This document shows positions 49,086 to 58,778 of a stretch of 64,000 nucleotides of DNA, piece after piece. The DNA is from Thermomicrobiales bacterium (GTDB lineage: Bacteria > Chloroflexota > Chloroflexia > Thermomicrobiales > UBA6265): NCBI GenBank assembly GCA_042408955.1, contig JBHOQQ010000136.1, positions 3,750 through 67,749 of the forward strand. Direction: 5' to 3'. Both the position numbers and the translations under genes were made by a program. Numbering within the stretch: position 1 is the first letter of the stretch; the number at the start of each line of letters is the position of its first letter. The notes under the pieces were generated by a model. The model made no database searches. It was not told the DNA's origin and saw nothing but the letters and a program-made list of their open reading frames with translations.

Positions 49086-49949
49086 ATGGCCACTGCTACG
49101 CGCGCGGTCAGCGTTGTTGTTGACTCCACCGCCGATGTTCCACGAAACCTCGCTGAGGGGTTGGGGCTCAAGGTCGTGCCCCTGCTCGTCCGCTTCGGAG
49201 ACCAGACATATCGCGATGGCGTCGATTTGGACCCCGATGGGTTTTTGCGTTTGCTCACCTCGATGCCCGGCTTGCCTCAAACCTCCCAGCCGCCAGCCAC
49301 CGCATTCGAACAAGCATTCCGGACGGCGGTGGACGCCGGACATGACGTCGTCTGCCTCACGATCGCCAGCCGCCTTTCCGGCACCTATAACTCCGCGCGC
49401 CTCGCCGCCGAGGCGGTGGACGCATCCCGTATCCGCATCATCGACTCCGGCACGCTGACGATGCATCTCGGGTGGAGCGCAATCGCCGCCGCCCGCGCCG
49501 CGCGCGACGGGGCCGGCGCCGAAGATGTTGCGAACATCGCCGTCGCTACCCTCCAACGGACAAGGCTGTACGCGCTCCTGGAGACTCTTGATTATGTCTA
49601 TCGGGGCGGTCGCATCGGACGCGCCGCGCAACTCGTCGGCTCGATGCTCAGCATCAAGCCAATCTTGACCGTGCAAGATGGTGAGGTGGTACCGCTTGAG
49701 CGCGTGCGCACGTGGCGAAAGGCGATGGAACGCCTTGTGGAACTCACGCGGCAGGACGCCCCTCTCGAATCGCTCGCGATCATGCACGTCAGCAATCTCG
49801 TGGCTGCGCAGGAAATAGCTGACCGCCTCGCGGATCTGCTGCCCAGCGACCGCATGTTGATCACTCAGGCAGGACCGGTGATTGCCACCTACGCCGGCCC
49901 CGGCGCGGTCGGCGCCGTACCGCTGCTCGCCCGGCCAGCAACGTCATGA
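49086..49949 (+). CDS. fakB: DegV family fatty-acid-binding protein (FakB-like), copy 2
   Basis: VSVVVDSTADVP, TSQPPAT, LDYVYRGGRIG. Confidence 0.85.
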   Translation: MATATRAVSVVVDSTADVPRNLAEGLGLKVVPLLVRFGDQTYRDGVDLDPDGFLRLLTSMPGLPQTSQPPATAFEQAFRTAVDAGHDVVCLTIASRLSGTYNSARLAAEAVDASRIRIIDSGTLTMHLGWSAIAAARAARDGAGAEDVANIAVATLQRTRLYALLETLDYVYRGGRIGRAAQLVGSMLSIKPILTVQDGEVVPLERVRTWRKAMERLVELTRQDAPLESLAIMHVSNLVAAQEIADRLADLLPSDRMLITQAGPVIATYAGPGAVGAVPLLARPATS

Positions 49950-50086
49950 CGTCCAAAAGCGCACCCCTGTTCGGCTACACTTGGATCAACGCGGGCGGCT
50001 GAACCCCGGCCAGCCGTGATTGCGCAACGCGGGCGGCGTCCCACTCCCGCTCATGCGTCGCACTCTGCTGAAAGGCAGGGTAACGA

Positions 50087-52573
50087 TTGAAGCACAGGCG
50101 ATCAACGATCACATCAGCGGCGGATACTCCCGATATTATCGAGAGCGCGCTCGAAACCTTGCGGCGAGAGTGGCGTGATGGCTGCACCGGCCGCACCATT
50201 CGGCTCGCCACAGCTATCATCGCCCGCTTGCACGCGAGCGCGGCCTCTCACGAAGCCGGTATCCGGCTAGCGGCCGTTGAGAAGCGACTGCAGGACTATG
50301 TGCAGCTTCCGGCGGAGCGGCGCCAGGATGAGCTGCGACAGATCGCGAACGAGCTCAAGGCGATCCGGCCATTGCTCAAACTTGCCGCCGAGCCAGCTCC
50401 GCCCATCGGCAAGTTGAACAGCGCCATCGCCCCAGGCCGTGCCCAGCCAGCCGCCAAGCCGTCGCGCGAGCGCTCTGCGGCCACTGCCATCACGCCGCTT
50501 AACCCCGGCGATTCGGTTCGCGCGTTACCACGCGTCGGCGATGCGGTAGCACGCAAGCTGGCAAAGCTGAAGATTCAAACGGTCGAGGATGTCCTGCGCT
50601 TCGCGCCGCGGCTCCACATCGACTACTCCCGCACGGTCAAGATCGGCACGATCCTCGGTTTTCGCCAGCAAGAGGAGGTGACGATCCGCGGCAGGGTCGT
50701 GGACGTGAAAACCTTTCCGGGACCACCCCCGCGCGTGCAGGTGCGCCTGGCCGACGAGACCGGATGGATTAAGATCACCTGGTTCAACACGTTCGTCGCC
50801 AAGCAGCTTGCCGTGGGAGATGAAATCGCGGTGAGTGGCCGGCTGGAATGGGGATTCGGCGCACTCTCTCTCACGAACCCAGAATGGGAAAAGGTCGGCG
50901 GCCCATCCCTCTCGACCGGGCGGCTCACGCCGGTTTATCGCACCACCGAGGGGCTGGCGCAGAAAACCCTTCGCAGTCTAACGCGAGCCGCCCTCGACGC
51001 AACGCGCTCAACGGTAAAGGAGTACCTTCCGCCCGAAATTCTCGGGCAGTTCAACCTGCTGCCGCTGCGCTCCGCCTACGAGCAGCTTCACTATCCCGAT
51101 TCGTGGTCATCGCTGGAGCAGGCACAGCGGCGCTTCGCGTTTGAAGACCTGTTTCTGCTTCAGTTGGAGTACGTGCGCCGGAAGCGCGAGCGCCTCGCAA
51201 CCGGCGGTATTCCCATTCCGATTGACCGCGACGTGTTGGAGCGCTTTCTCACGTCGCTGCCATTTCGGCTGACCGATGCCCAGCGGCGTGCTCTGGATGA
51301 GATACTGGCTGATCTCGCCCAACCCCGGCCCATGACGCGATTGCTGCAAGGTGACGTGGGGAGCGGTAAAACGGTTGTTGCCGCTGCCGCAGCGCTGCTC
51401 ACTGTCAGGGCTGGTTATCAGGTCGGCGTGCTGGCGCCGACGGAGATCCTTGCCGAGCAGCACTTCCATAACTTCCGAGGTTTATACGCCGGTCTTCCTA
51501 GATCCGACCGGCCTGAGGTGGCGCTCCTGACAGGGAGCACGCGCCCGGCGGAGCGGCGGACGATTGTCGCCGGCTTGGAAACTGGTGTTGTTCAGGTGCT
51601 GGTTGGCACTCACGCCATTATTCAAGAGGACGTGCCTCTCCCCCGCATCGGTCTCGCCATCATTGACGAGCAGCATCGCTTCGGGGTACGGCAGCGCGCC
51701 GAGCTCGCGACCAAGGCGAAGGGCTTGCCACCGCACATCCTGTCCATGACCGCAACGCCGATCCCGCGCACGCTCAACATGGTGCTCAATGGCGATCTTG
51801 ATGTCTCGATCATTGATGCATTGCCACCAGGCCGCATCCCGATTGAAACGCGACGCTACTTCGGAGACGAGCGCCAGCGTGCCTACGACTTGGTACGCGA
51901 GGAGATTCGCAAGGGACATCAGGTATTTGTGATTTGCCCACTCGTTGAAGAATCGGAGGCCACGGAAGCCAAGGCGGCACTTGCCGAGGCCGAGCGCCTT
52001 CAGCGCGACGTCTTTCCCGAGTTCAGGATCGCCGTGTTGCATGGCCGGATGCCGGGCCGGGAAAAAGACCGCATCATGACCGCCTTCCGCGACCATGAGG
52101 CCGACATCCTCGTCTCAACCTCGGTGATCGAGGTCGGTATTGACGTGCCCAACGCGACGGTGATGATGATCGAGGGCGCGGACCGGTTTGGTCTTGCCCA
52201 GCTTCATCAATTCCGCGGGCGCGTTGGCCGGGGCGGCAAAAAGTCGTACTGCTTGCTTCTCGCCGATGAGGCGACGCCGGAGGCCGAAACCAGGCTCGAC
52301 ATGATGGTGCAATCGAACGACGGCTTCGTGCTAGCGGAGAAAGACTTGGAGCTTCGAGGGCCTGGCGATTTTATCGGGACACGGCAGAGCGGCTTACCCG
52401 CCATGACCTGGCTTGATAATACCTTTGACACCAGGCTGCTTGATGCGGCGCGGCAAGCGGCTGAGGGCCTGCTGAGCCGCGATCCCAAGCTGGAGCACCC
52501 GCAACACCAGGCGCTCAAGGCCCGGCTGCAGGCATTTTGGGCCGCTGCGGCACCCGATGTCCCGGCGTCGTAA
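50087..52573 (+). CDS. recG: ATP-dependent DNA helicase RecG
   Basis: GDVGSGKT, DEQHRFGV, MTATPIPRT and QLHQFRGRVGRG, plus a wedge-domain region. An N-terminal extension of about 130 aa precedes the canonical LPRVGDAVARKL start. TTG start. Confidence 0.93.
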   Translation: MKHRRSTITSAADTPDIIESALETLRREWRDGCTGRTIRLATAIIARLHASAASHEAGIRLAAVEKRLQDYVQLPAERRQDELRQIANELKAIRPLLKLAAEPAPPIGKLNSAIAPGRAQPAAKPSRERSAATAITPLNPGDSVRALPRVGDAVARKLAKLKIQTVEDVLRFAPRLHIDYSRTVKIGTILGFRQQEEVTIRGRVVDVKTFPGPPPRVQVRLADETGWIKITWFNTFVAKQLAVGDEIAVSGRLEWGFGALSLTNPEWEKVGGPSLSTGRLTPVYRTTEGLAQKTLRSLTRAALDATRSTVKEYLPPEILGQFNLLPLRSAYEQLHYPDSWSSLEQAQRRFAFEDLFLLQLEYVRRKRERLATGGIPIPIDRDVLERFLTSLPFRLTDAQRRALDEILADLAQPRPMTRLLQGDVGSGKTVVAAAAALLTVRAGYQVGVLAPTEILAEQHFHNFRGLYAGLPRSDRPEVALLTGSTRPAERRTIVAGLETGVVQVLVGTHAIIQEDVPLPRIGLAIIDEQHRFGVRQRAELATKAKGLPPHILSMTATPIPRTLNMVLNGDLDVSIIDALPPGRIPIETRRYFGDERQRAYDLVREEIRKGHQVFVICPLVEESEATEAKAALAEAERLQRDVFPEFRIAVLHGRMPGREKDRIMTAFRDHEADILVSTSVIEVGIDVPNATVMMIEGADRFGLAQLHQFRGRVGRGGKKSYCLLLADEATPEAETRLDMMVQSNDGFVLAEKDLELRGPGDFIGTRQSGLPAMTWLDNTFDTRLLDAARQAAEGLLSRDPKLEHPQHQALKARLQAFWAAAAPDVPAS

Positions 52574-52656
52574 GCCATCCCTGGCACAACGATGGGCCGA
52601 GACATGATTGGGGCGGGGTTGTCACGTCAGCATGATTCTGAGAGCGAGGGAGTCGC

Positions 52657-53343
52657 ATGCGGGTAATCGCCGGCGAGGCTAAGGGGCACATCTTGAAAGG
52701 CCCACCCAGCCCTGCCACACGTCCGATGACAGACAAAATTCGCCAGGCACTCTTCTCCACGCTCGCCTCGCTTGGGGTCATGCCGGAGCGCGTCCTCGAT
52801 CTGTATGCCGGAACTGGCTCGATTGGGATTGAGGCACTCTCCCGCGGCGCGCGCTGGGCCGACTTTGTCGAGCAGAGCGCGGCGGCTTGCCGCGTCATTC
52901 GCGCCAACCTCGCTCACACGAAGTTCACCGACCGCGCCCGGGTGCATCAAGTTCCTGTCGCGTCTTTTTTGCAACGGAATGAGGCGCCTTACGATCTCAT
53001 CATCATGGACCCGCCCTACGCCGATCCAGCGATCGTGCAGACCCTGGAGAAGGTCGCGGCGTCGCCATTGGTACAATCTGGCACGGTGGTTGTGGTCGGT
53101 CATTCGCCGAGGGTATCACTGCCCGATACCGTGGGGCGGCTCATGCGGCTCCGCTTGCGCTGTCATGGTGATAGTTGCTTCTCGATTTACGAAGCAGATG
53201 TCGAGAGCGCGCCCAGCGACAGCGCGGCGAGCGAAAGCGACGAGCCAGCAGCCGAGCGGGCACGCGCGTTGACGAAGGACACGCTGCATGAGGATCGCGA
53301 TTTATCCCGGGAGCTTCGATCCCATCACGCTTGGGCACATTGA
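52657..53343 (+). CDS. rsmD: 16S rRNA (guanine966-N2)-methyltransferase RsmD with a C-terminal extension
   Basis: MRVIAGEAKGHILKGPP..TRPMTDKIRQALFS, DLYAGTGSIGIEALSRGA, DPPY. The frame stays open 56 nt into coaD. Confidence 0.88.
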   Translation: MRVIAGEAKGHILKGPPSPATRPMTDKIRQALFSTLASLGVMPERVLDLYAGTGSIGIEALSRGARWADFVEQSAAACRVIRANLAHTKFTDRARVHQVPVASFLQRNEAPYDLIIMDPPYADPAIVQTLEKVAASPLVQSGTVVVVGHSPRVSLPDTVGRLMRLRLRCHGDSCFSIYEADVESAPSDSAASESDEPAAERARALTKDTLHEDRDLSRELRSHHAWAH

Positions 53344-53803
53344 CGTCGCAGAGCGCGCGGCCCGGCTCTTTGACCACGTCGTGGTTGCCATTTACCGGCA
53401 ATCGGACAAACCCGGCGCACTCTTCACGATTGAAGAGCGCGTGGCACTGGCCAGAGACGCCCTGCGCCACATCCCGAACATCTCCGTTGACAGCTTCTCG
53501 GGCCTCACCGTAGAGTACGCCAGGGCGCGAGGGGCGGGGACCATCGTTCGCGGCCTGCGAGCGGTGTCTGACTTCGAGTATGAGTTTAAGCTCGCCCATA
53601 TGAACGCGCATCTCGCGCCGGAGATCGAGGTCGTCTGTCTGATGACCTCCTCGCGTCACTCGTTCATCAGTTCGAGCTTGATTCGCGAAGTTGCCTCGCT
53701 CGGCGGCGACGTGGATGACCTTGTTCCGCCGAATGTCCGTGAGGCGCTCCGAGCCAAGTTTGCTCTCCGAGCCCGAGGCGCCGACGGCAATCGGCCAGAC
53801 TAG
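53288..53803 (+). CDS. coaD: phosphopantetheine adenylyltransferase
   Basis: MRIAIYPGSFDPITLGHIDV, RGLRAVSDFEYE, SSSLIREV. Confidence 0.95.
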   Translation: MRIAIYPGSFDPITLGHIDVAERAARLFDHVVVAIYRQSDKPGALFTIEERVALARDALRHIPNISVDSFSGLTVEYARARGAGTIVRGLRAVSDFEYEFKLAHMNAHLAPEIEVVCLMTSSRHSFISSSLIREVASLGGDVDDLVPPNVREALRAKFALRARGADGNRPD

Positions 53804-53929
53804 CGTGACAAACGGATGGCACATCGTGGATCATCATTCCCAGCCAAGTCAACCGGCGAGCGATCCAACCGTCGCTCGCCCCGTGCTGAGCATCTAACGC
53901 CCAGCGTTGCCTCTGGAGCGCCTCAACGC

Positions 53930-54439
53930 ATGCACGAGGACGACGAACCGACCGACGACGGCACTGTTGACATCTTGTATCTCATTGACAAGCTGGAAAT
54001 GCTTGTCGGTGAGGGAAAGCGCGTGCCCTTCAGCGGGCGCGTCATGGTCGAGGAGAGTGAGTTTCTGGACCTCGTGGAGCAGCTTCGCTTCGCGGTCCCC
54101 AATGAGATCAAGCAGGCGCAACGCGTGATTCGCGAGCGCGAGCGCATTATCGCTGAGGCACAAGAGGACGCGGCGAAGATCATCGAGACGGCCCGCAAGC
54201 GCGCGGAATACCTCGTGTCGGAGGAGGGCATTCTCAACGAGGCGCGGCAGCAGAGCGAAGAGATTTTGCGCATGGCCGATGAGCGCCGCCGCCGCGCCAA
54301 GGGCGAGATCGACGTCTACGCGATGCAGCAATTCAATCGCGTGGAGGAGGCTCTGCGTGAGGGTTTGGAGATCATCGATAACGCGGTTCGGGAAACCGTC
54401 GACGCTCTGAACCGGGCAAAAAGCGCCATCGGGCAATAA
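53930..54439 (+). CDS. hypothetical coiled-coil protein (ATPase subunit H/DivIVA-like heptad pattern)
   Basis: Charged helical sequence (IKQAQRVIRERERIIAEAQEDAAKIIETARKRAEYL..). Start taken at Met39 of ORF 53816..54439. No family recognised with confidence. Confidence 0.5.
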   Translation: MHEDDEPTDDGTVDILYLIDKLEMLVGEGKRVPFSGRVMVEESEFLDLVEQLRFAVPNEIKQAQRVIRERERIIAEAQEDAAKIIETARKRAEYLVSEEGILNEARQQSEEILRMADERRRRAKGEIDVYAMQQFNRVEEALREGLEIIDNAVRETVDALNRAKSAIGQ

Positions 54440-54461
54440 TCCCGGATCTTCCCAGTCCGCC

Positions 54462-54522
54462 CAGACACGTGATCGCTCGGCGCGGCGTCACCATTCGCGC
54501 GGAGCGCAACGCAGCGTGTCTG
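54462..54522. other. 61-nt GC-rich extended hairpin in a convergent intergenic gap
   Basis: Outer stem CAGACACG (54462-54469) pairs with CGTGTCTG (54515-54522). Inner stem CGCTCGGCGCG (54474-54484) pairs with CGCGCGGAGCG (54496-54506) with one G-G mismatch. No U-tract follows on either strand. Confidence 0.6.
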
Positions 54523-54801
54523 TGCTCACGCAATCGTGAACAGCGTCGTGACCGCTCCCGTGCTGGTGCCGCCTGGCGTTCCTTCGCTGGTGCCTGGCGC
54601 ACCGTCACCGGATCATGCACGCGCGGCGCCCCCTGTCGTCATCACGCTCGCGCAGCGCGGGATGACGGGGCGGCAGGGGCGGGCACGGCACCGGCGCTGG
54701 CCAGCGGGCGACGCTCTCCTTGCAACGCGAGATCCTGAGGGCATGCACGGCGTAAGCACTGCTCGACTGGAGGAGCGCCGCGGGTTATTCAGCCCAGCAG
54801 C

Positions 54802-56094
54802 CTAGCGAAATGCCCGAAGCATGCCGAACGCATCGCTCAGCAACTGGCGCTTCGGCACCGAGCGGATCATCCGAGCGATGTTCTGCTGCTTTTCCTTCTT
54901 TGGCTTGCCGTCAACGGTCAGGTACTCACGGGCGATCTCCGACGCGATCTTCGGATAATCGCGCAGAAGATGGGGCCGGGCATGCGCGAACGGCGTGACC
55001 CTGCGGATCTTGCGCAGGTCCTTCAGGATAACGCTCTCATCCAGCAGCTCCCAATACCGCGAGAGCCGCGCGGCGGAAAAGTCGTTCTTTGATTTTGCTT
55101 CGATAATCGCTTGCGCGGCTAAGCGCCCTGAGATCATTGCTAAGTTGGCGCCCTCACGGTTCAACGGATTCACCAAGCCAGCCGCATCGCCGACAACCAC
55201 CACGCCATCAGCAAAGACCCGTGGCAGCCGGTCATAGCCACCCTCAGGGATGAGATGCGCGGAGTACTCGATCGTTTCTCCGCCCTCCAGCAGTGGCGCA
55301 ATCGCCGGGTGTCGCTTGAAATGATCGAGCATGTCGTTGACGTTGATCCCGCTCGTGATCAAATCGTGCAGCAGCGCGCCCGTACCGATGGAGATCGAAG
55401 ACTTGTTGGTGTAGATGAATCCATAGCCGAGAAGTCCGCGCGTCGACTCCCCGAAAATCTCGTACGCGGCTCCTAATCCAGAGGGAAGCTGGAAGCGGTC
55501 CTCGATCTTCTCCGCTGGCAGCGCGATGAGCTCCTTGGCCACCAACGCTTGTTCGATCGGCTCCCATTCCCGGTGCAAGCCCGCGCGCTGAGCGAGCAGG
55601 GAGTTCGCTCCATCAGCCAAAACGACACAGTGCGCGTAAAGCTCCCCATCCGGCTCGCCGGTCGTCACGCCCACGACCCGCCCATCATCCCAGAGCAGGT
55701 CTGTGACCGTGAACTCCGGATAAACTTCTGCACCAGCCTCTTCCGCCTTTGTCGCGTACCACCGGTCGAATTCCGCCCGGAGCACCGAATAGGCGTTATA
55801 TGGCGGCTCCGCGAAGCGCATCGAGCGGTACACCCCGCCAAGGAGCGCATCCTCGGTGAGCATCAGGTAACGCTGCTCGATGATGGGGCGCTCCAGCGGA
55901 GCTTCGGCCTCAAAGCCAGGGCACATCTCCTCGGTCGGCTGGCGATACAGAATGCCGCCGGAGACGTTCTTCGCGCCAGGATATTGCCCCCGTTCCAGCA
56001 CAACGGTGGACAGCCCCGCAGCCGCCAGTTCCTTGGCAGCTGTGATCCCGGCAGGTCCCGCCCCAACGACAATGGCGTCAAACCGCTCGTCCAC
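54802..56094 (-). CDS. fixC: FAD-dependent electron-transfer-flavoprotein:quinone oxidoreductase FixC-like
   Basis: FDAIVVGAGPAGITAAKELAAAGLSTVVLERG Rossmann N-terminus, with length and context next to etfAB. Confidence 0.85.
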   Translation of the reverse strand: MDERFDAIVVGAGPAGITAAKELAAAGLSTVVLERGQYPGAKNVSGGILYRQPTEEMCPGFEAEAPLERPIIEQRYLMLTEDALLGGVYRSMRFAEPPYNAYSVLRAEFDRWYATKAEEAGAEVYPEFTVTDLLWDDGRVVGVTTGEPDGELYAHCVVLADGANSLLAQRAGLHREWEPIEQALVAKELIALPAEKIEDRFQLPSGLGAAYEIFGESTRGLLGYGFIYTNKSSISIGTGALLHDLITSGINVNDMLDHFKRHPAIAPLLEGGETIEYSAHLIPEGGYDRLPRVFADGVVVVGDAAGLVNPLNREGANLAMISGRLAAQAIIEAKSKNDFSAARLSRYWELLDESVILKDLRKIRRVTPFAHARPHLLRDYPKIASEIAREYLTVDGKPKKEKQQNIARMIRSVPKRQLLSDAFGMLRAFR

Positions 56095-56157
56095 CGCTCC
56101 CTCGCTCCCTGTAGTCTCCGTGCTGGTCCACCATCGTGGACCAGAATGAGACGGCTC

Positions 56158-57165
56158 CTAGCCTTGCCGGCCATCACCCTGGCGCGCTGCCCGCAGCTCC
56201 TGGATAACCGCGGGGACGACCTCAAAGAGGTCACCAACGATGCCGAACGACGCGATCTTGAAAATCGGCGCATCCGGATCCCGGTTGATAGCCACGATAA
56301 AGTCCGAGCCCTGCATCCCGACAAGGTGCTGCACCGCGCCGCTGATGCCAACGGCAATGTAAAGCCGTGGCGCGACCGTCTGACCGGTTTGGCCCACCTG
56401 CTCCTGGTGAGGCCGCCACCCCGCATCAACAACCGCTCGTGATGCGCCGACAGCGGCTCCGAGCTCCGCTGCCAGCTCTTCGATCAGCGCGAAGTTCTTC
56501 GGCTCCTTCAGCCCACGTCCACCGCTGACGATCACCTTTGCCTCAGTCAGTCTCGCGGCCCCGCCTCCCTGCTCCTGCAAAATGCCGCGCACAGTCACGC
56601 GATGTTCAGCGTCGGTCAGCGTCACTGCCACACGCTCGATCTCGGCCTCGCCTCCCGACACCGGCGCCTTTTCGAAGCTTCCGGGGCGCACCGTCGCCAT
56701 CTGCGGCTGGCTCCCGGCGAGATTGACGGCGGTTTGAACGCGGCCCCCGAGGACTGGCCGGATCGCGACGACCGCTCCTTGCTCCACACCCAAATCCACG
56801 CAGTCGGCAGCTAGCCCTGTTCGAAGGCGTGCCGCGACGCGTGGCGCATAATCGCGGCCGGAGGTGGTTCCTGGGATGAGCACCACCGCTGGGTTGACCC
56901 GCTGCACCACCTCCACGGTCACGGCCGTTGCGGCATCCGCCGTGTAGCTCGCCAGCCGGGCATCATCAGCAACGAGGACGCGAGCGACGCCCGTCTGCGC
57001 AAGCTGCTGAGCGGCATCTGCAAGATTGGCGCCGAACAGTGCCGCAACCAGGGGAACGCCCAGAGCCTCGGCAATCTTCCGCCCGGCCGTCACCATTTCC
57101 AGAGAGACGGGGCGCAGCGTGCCACCGCTAGCCTCTCCGACAATTAACACTCCGCCGTTTACCAC
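56158..57165 (-). CDS. etfA: electron transfer flavoprotein alpha subunit
   Basis: LYIAVGISGAVQHLVGMQGSDFIVAINRDPDAPIF. Confidence 0.92.
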   Translation of the reverse strand: MVNGGVLIVGEASGGTLRPVSLEMVTAGRKIAEALGVPLVAALFGANLADAAQQLAQTGVARVLVADDARLASYTADAATAVTVEVVQRVNPAVVLIPGTTSGRDYAPRVAARLRTGLAADCVDLGVEQGAVVAIRPVLGGRVQTAVNLAGSQPQMATVRPGSFEKAPVSGGEAEIERVAVTLTDAEHRVTVRGILQEQGGGAARLTEAKVIVSGGRGLKEPKNFALIEELAAELGAAVGASRAVVDAGWRPHQEQVGQTGQTVAPRLYIAVGISGAVQHLVGMQGSDFIVAINRDPDAPIFKIASFGIVGDLFEVVPAVIQELRAARQGDGRQG

Positions 57166-57214
57166 CGTTCACGCTCCCGTATTGGACTGCATTTCGACCC
57201 GGACGGCCGATAGG

Positions 57215-57976
57215 CTAGATCAGCTTCTGTTCCTTGAGCCACGCCACGAGCTGCTTGGCAGCGTCTGCGGGCGGGACATCGTGCAGGATGATGCCTCCGC
57301 TGCTTCGTTCCGGAACGAACGGCTCACTCCAGCGCAAGCGGAGGCTGTCGCTTGGCACCGTGACTGCGATGTGGTCAACCGGCTTCTTCTTTGCAGCCAT
57401 AATGCCCTTCAACGAGGGATATCGAGGCTCATTCAGGCCAGTCATCGCCATCAGCACCGCAGGCATGGCCAGCTCCACCACTTGCTTGCCCTCTTCGGTA
57501 TCACGGTGAACGACGAGCGACCGGTCGGCCACTTCTACCTTTGTCACTGAGGAGACGTGCGGCACGCCAAGCAGTTCGGCGACTTGCGGGCCAACATGCC
57601 CGGTTGCCGAATCGTCAGAGTTCTGCCCGCAGAAGACGATGTCGAATGCCGTGCCCTTCAGGTAATCTGCCAGGATTTCGGCAACCGTCAGGGTATCCAA
57701 ATCGTTCACCTGATCTACACCCAGGATGACCCCGCGGTCAGCGCCCATCCCCAGCGCACGCTGGATCGCATCCCTCACCTGAGGTGGTCCCGCCGAGATC
57801 ACGACGACCTCGCCGCCATGCGCTTCCTTGATGCGCAATGCCTCCTCAATCGCGTACTCGTCGAACGAGCTGATGACCTGCTGGCCGCTGAAGACAGGTC
57901 GCCCCGTTGCGCGGTCAATCCGGACCGCGTTCATATCCGGCACTTGCTTGACGAGCACAGCAATCGTGTATCCCAT
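57215..57976 (-). CDS. etfB: electron transfer flavoprotein beta subunit
   Basis: IAVLVKQVPDMNAVRID..., DIVFCGQNSDDSATGHVGPQVAELLG. Confidence 0.92.
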   Translation of the reverse strand: MGYTIAVLVKQVPDMNAVRIDRATGRPVFSGQQVISSFDEYAIEEALRIKEAHGGEVVVISAGPPQVRDAIQRALGMGADRGVILGVDQVNDLDTLTVAEILADYLKGTAFDIVFCGQNSDDSATGHVGPQVAELLGVPHVSSVTKVEVADRSLVVHRDTEEGKQVVELAMPAVLMAMTGLNEPRYPSLKGIMAAKKKPVDHIAVTVPSDSLRLRWSEPFVPERSSGGIILHDVPPADAAKQLVAWLKEQKLI

Positions 57977-58004
57977 GTGCGACGTTTCCCTCGCTCCTCA
58001 CATG

Positions 58005-58778
58005 CTACTGTCCCGTAAACGCCGGTGATCGCTTCTCCAGGAAGGCCCGCATGCCTTCTCGCTGGTCCGCAGTCCCGAACGACTCTGCGAAAACGTCAGC
58101 CTCGGTCTCCAGTCCCTTGGCCGGGTGACCGGCAAAGGCCAACGACATCAACCGCTTGGCCGCGGTCAGCGCCCGCGGGCTGTTCCGAGCGATCTGCCGG
58201 GCCAGATCACGGGCACGCGGTAATAGCTCGGGCAGCGGCACAACGGCATTGACCAGGCCGATGCGTAACGCCTCCTCCGCGGTGACCCGCCGTCCGGTCA
58301 GGATCATCTCCGCCGCGATCCCTGGTCCCACCAGTCGCGGAAGACGCTGGGTTGCGCCCCATCCTGGCGGAATCCCGAGCGAAACCTCGGGCTGGGCAAA
58401 CACCGCGTTGTCCGAAGCCAGCCGGATGTCGCAGGCCAGAGCGATCTCGCAGCCGCCGCCAAACGCGTAGCCATTCACCGCGGCGATGGTCGGTTGCGGC
58501 AGCCCTTCGATCGCATTGGCGACGCCATGGCCTAGCGCGGCAAAGGCTCGCGCCTCATCCGGTGTTTTGTTCACCATCTCTTTGATGTCAGCGCCGGCAG
58601 CAAACGCGCGTTCCCCCGCCCCCGTCACAATTACGCAACGCAGCGAGGAATCCTGGCGAATCGCTCGCATGGCCTCGATCATCGCCTGAAGCTGCTCCGT
58701 GTTGAAGGCATTGAGAGCCTCCGGGCGATTCATGATGACTACCGCGATGCCGTCCTCGCGCTCGATGTCAACTGCCAC
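58005..58778 (-). CDS. enoyl-CoA hydratase (crotonase family)
   Basis: IAVVIMNRPEALNAF, GAGERAFAAGADIKEM. GTG 58778 lies 6 nt after AAAGGAG and overlaps the upstream stop by 11 nt. Confidence 0.9.
   Translation of the reverse strand: MAVDIEREDGIAVVIMNRPEALNAFNTEQLQAMIEAMRAIRQDSSLRCVIVTGAGERAFAAGADIKEMVNKTPDEARAFAALGHGVANAIEGLPQPTIAAVNGYAFGGGCEIALACDIRLASDNAVFAQPEVSLGIPPGWGATQRLPRLVGPGIAAEMILTGRRVTAEEALRIGLVNAVVPLPELLPRARDLARQIARNSPRALTAAKRLMSLAFAGHPAKGLETEADVFAESFGTADQREGMRAFLEKRSPAFTGQ

Noticed and set aside
54536-54805. 89-aa plus-strand ORF with LVPPGV/LVPGA repeats in the fixC-proximal gap
   Set aside because: The repeats derive from an imperfect DNA direct repeat. The composition is Ala/Arg/Pro-rich, there is no SD or homolog, and it runs into the fixC stop region.
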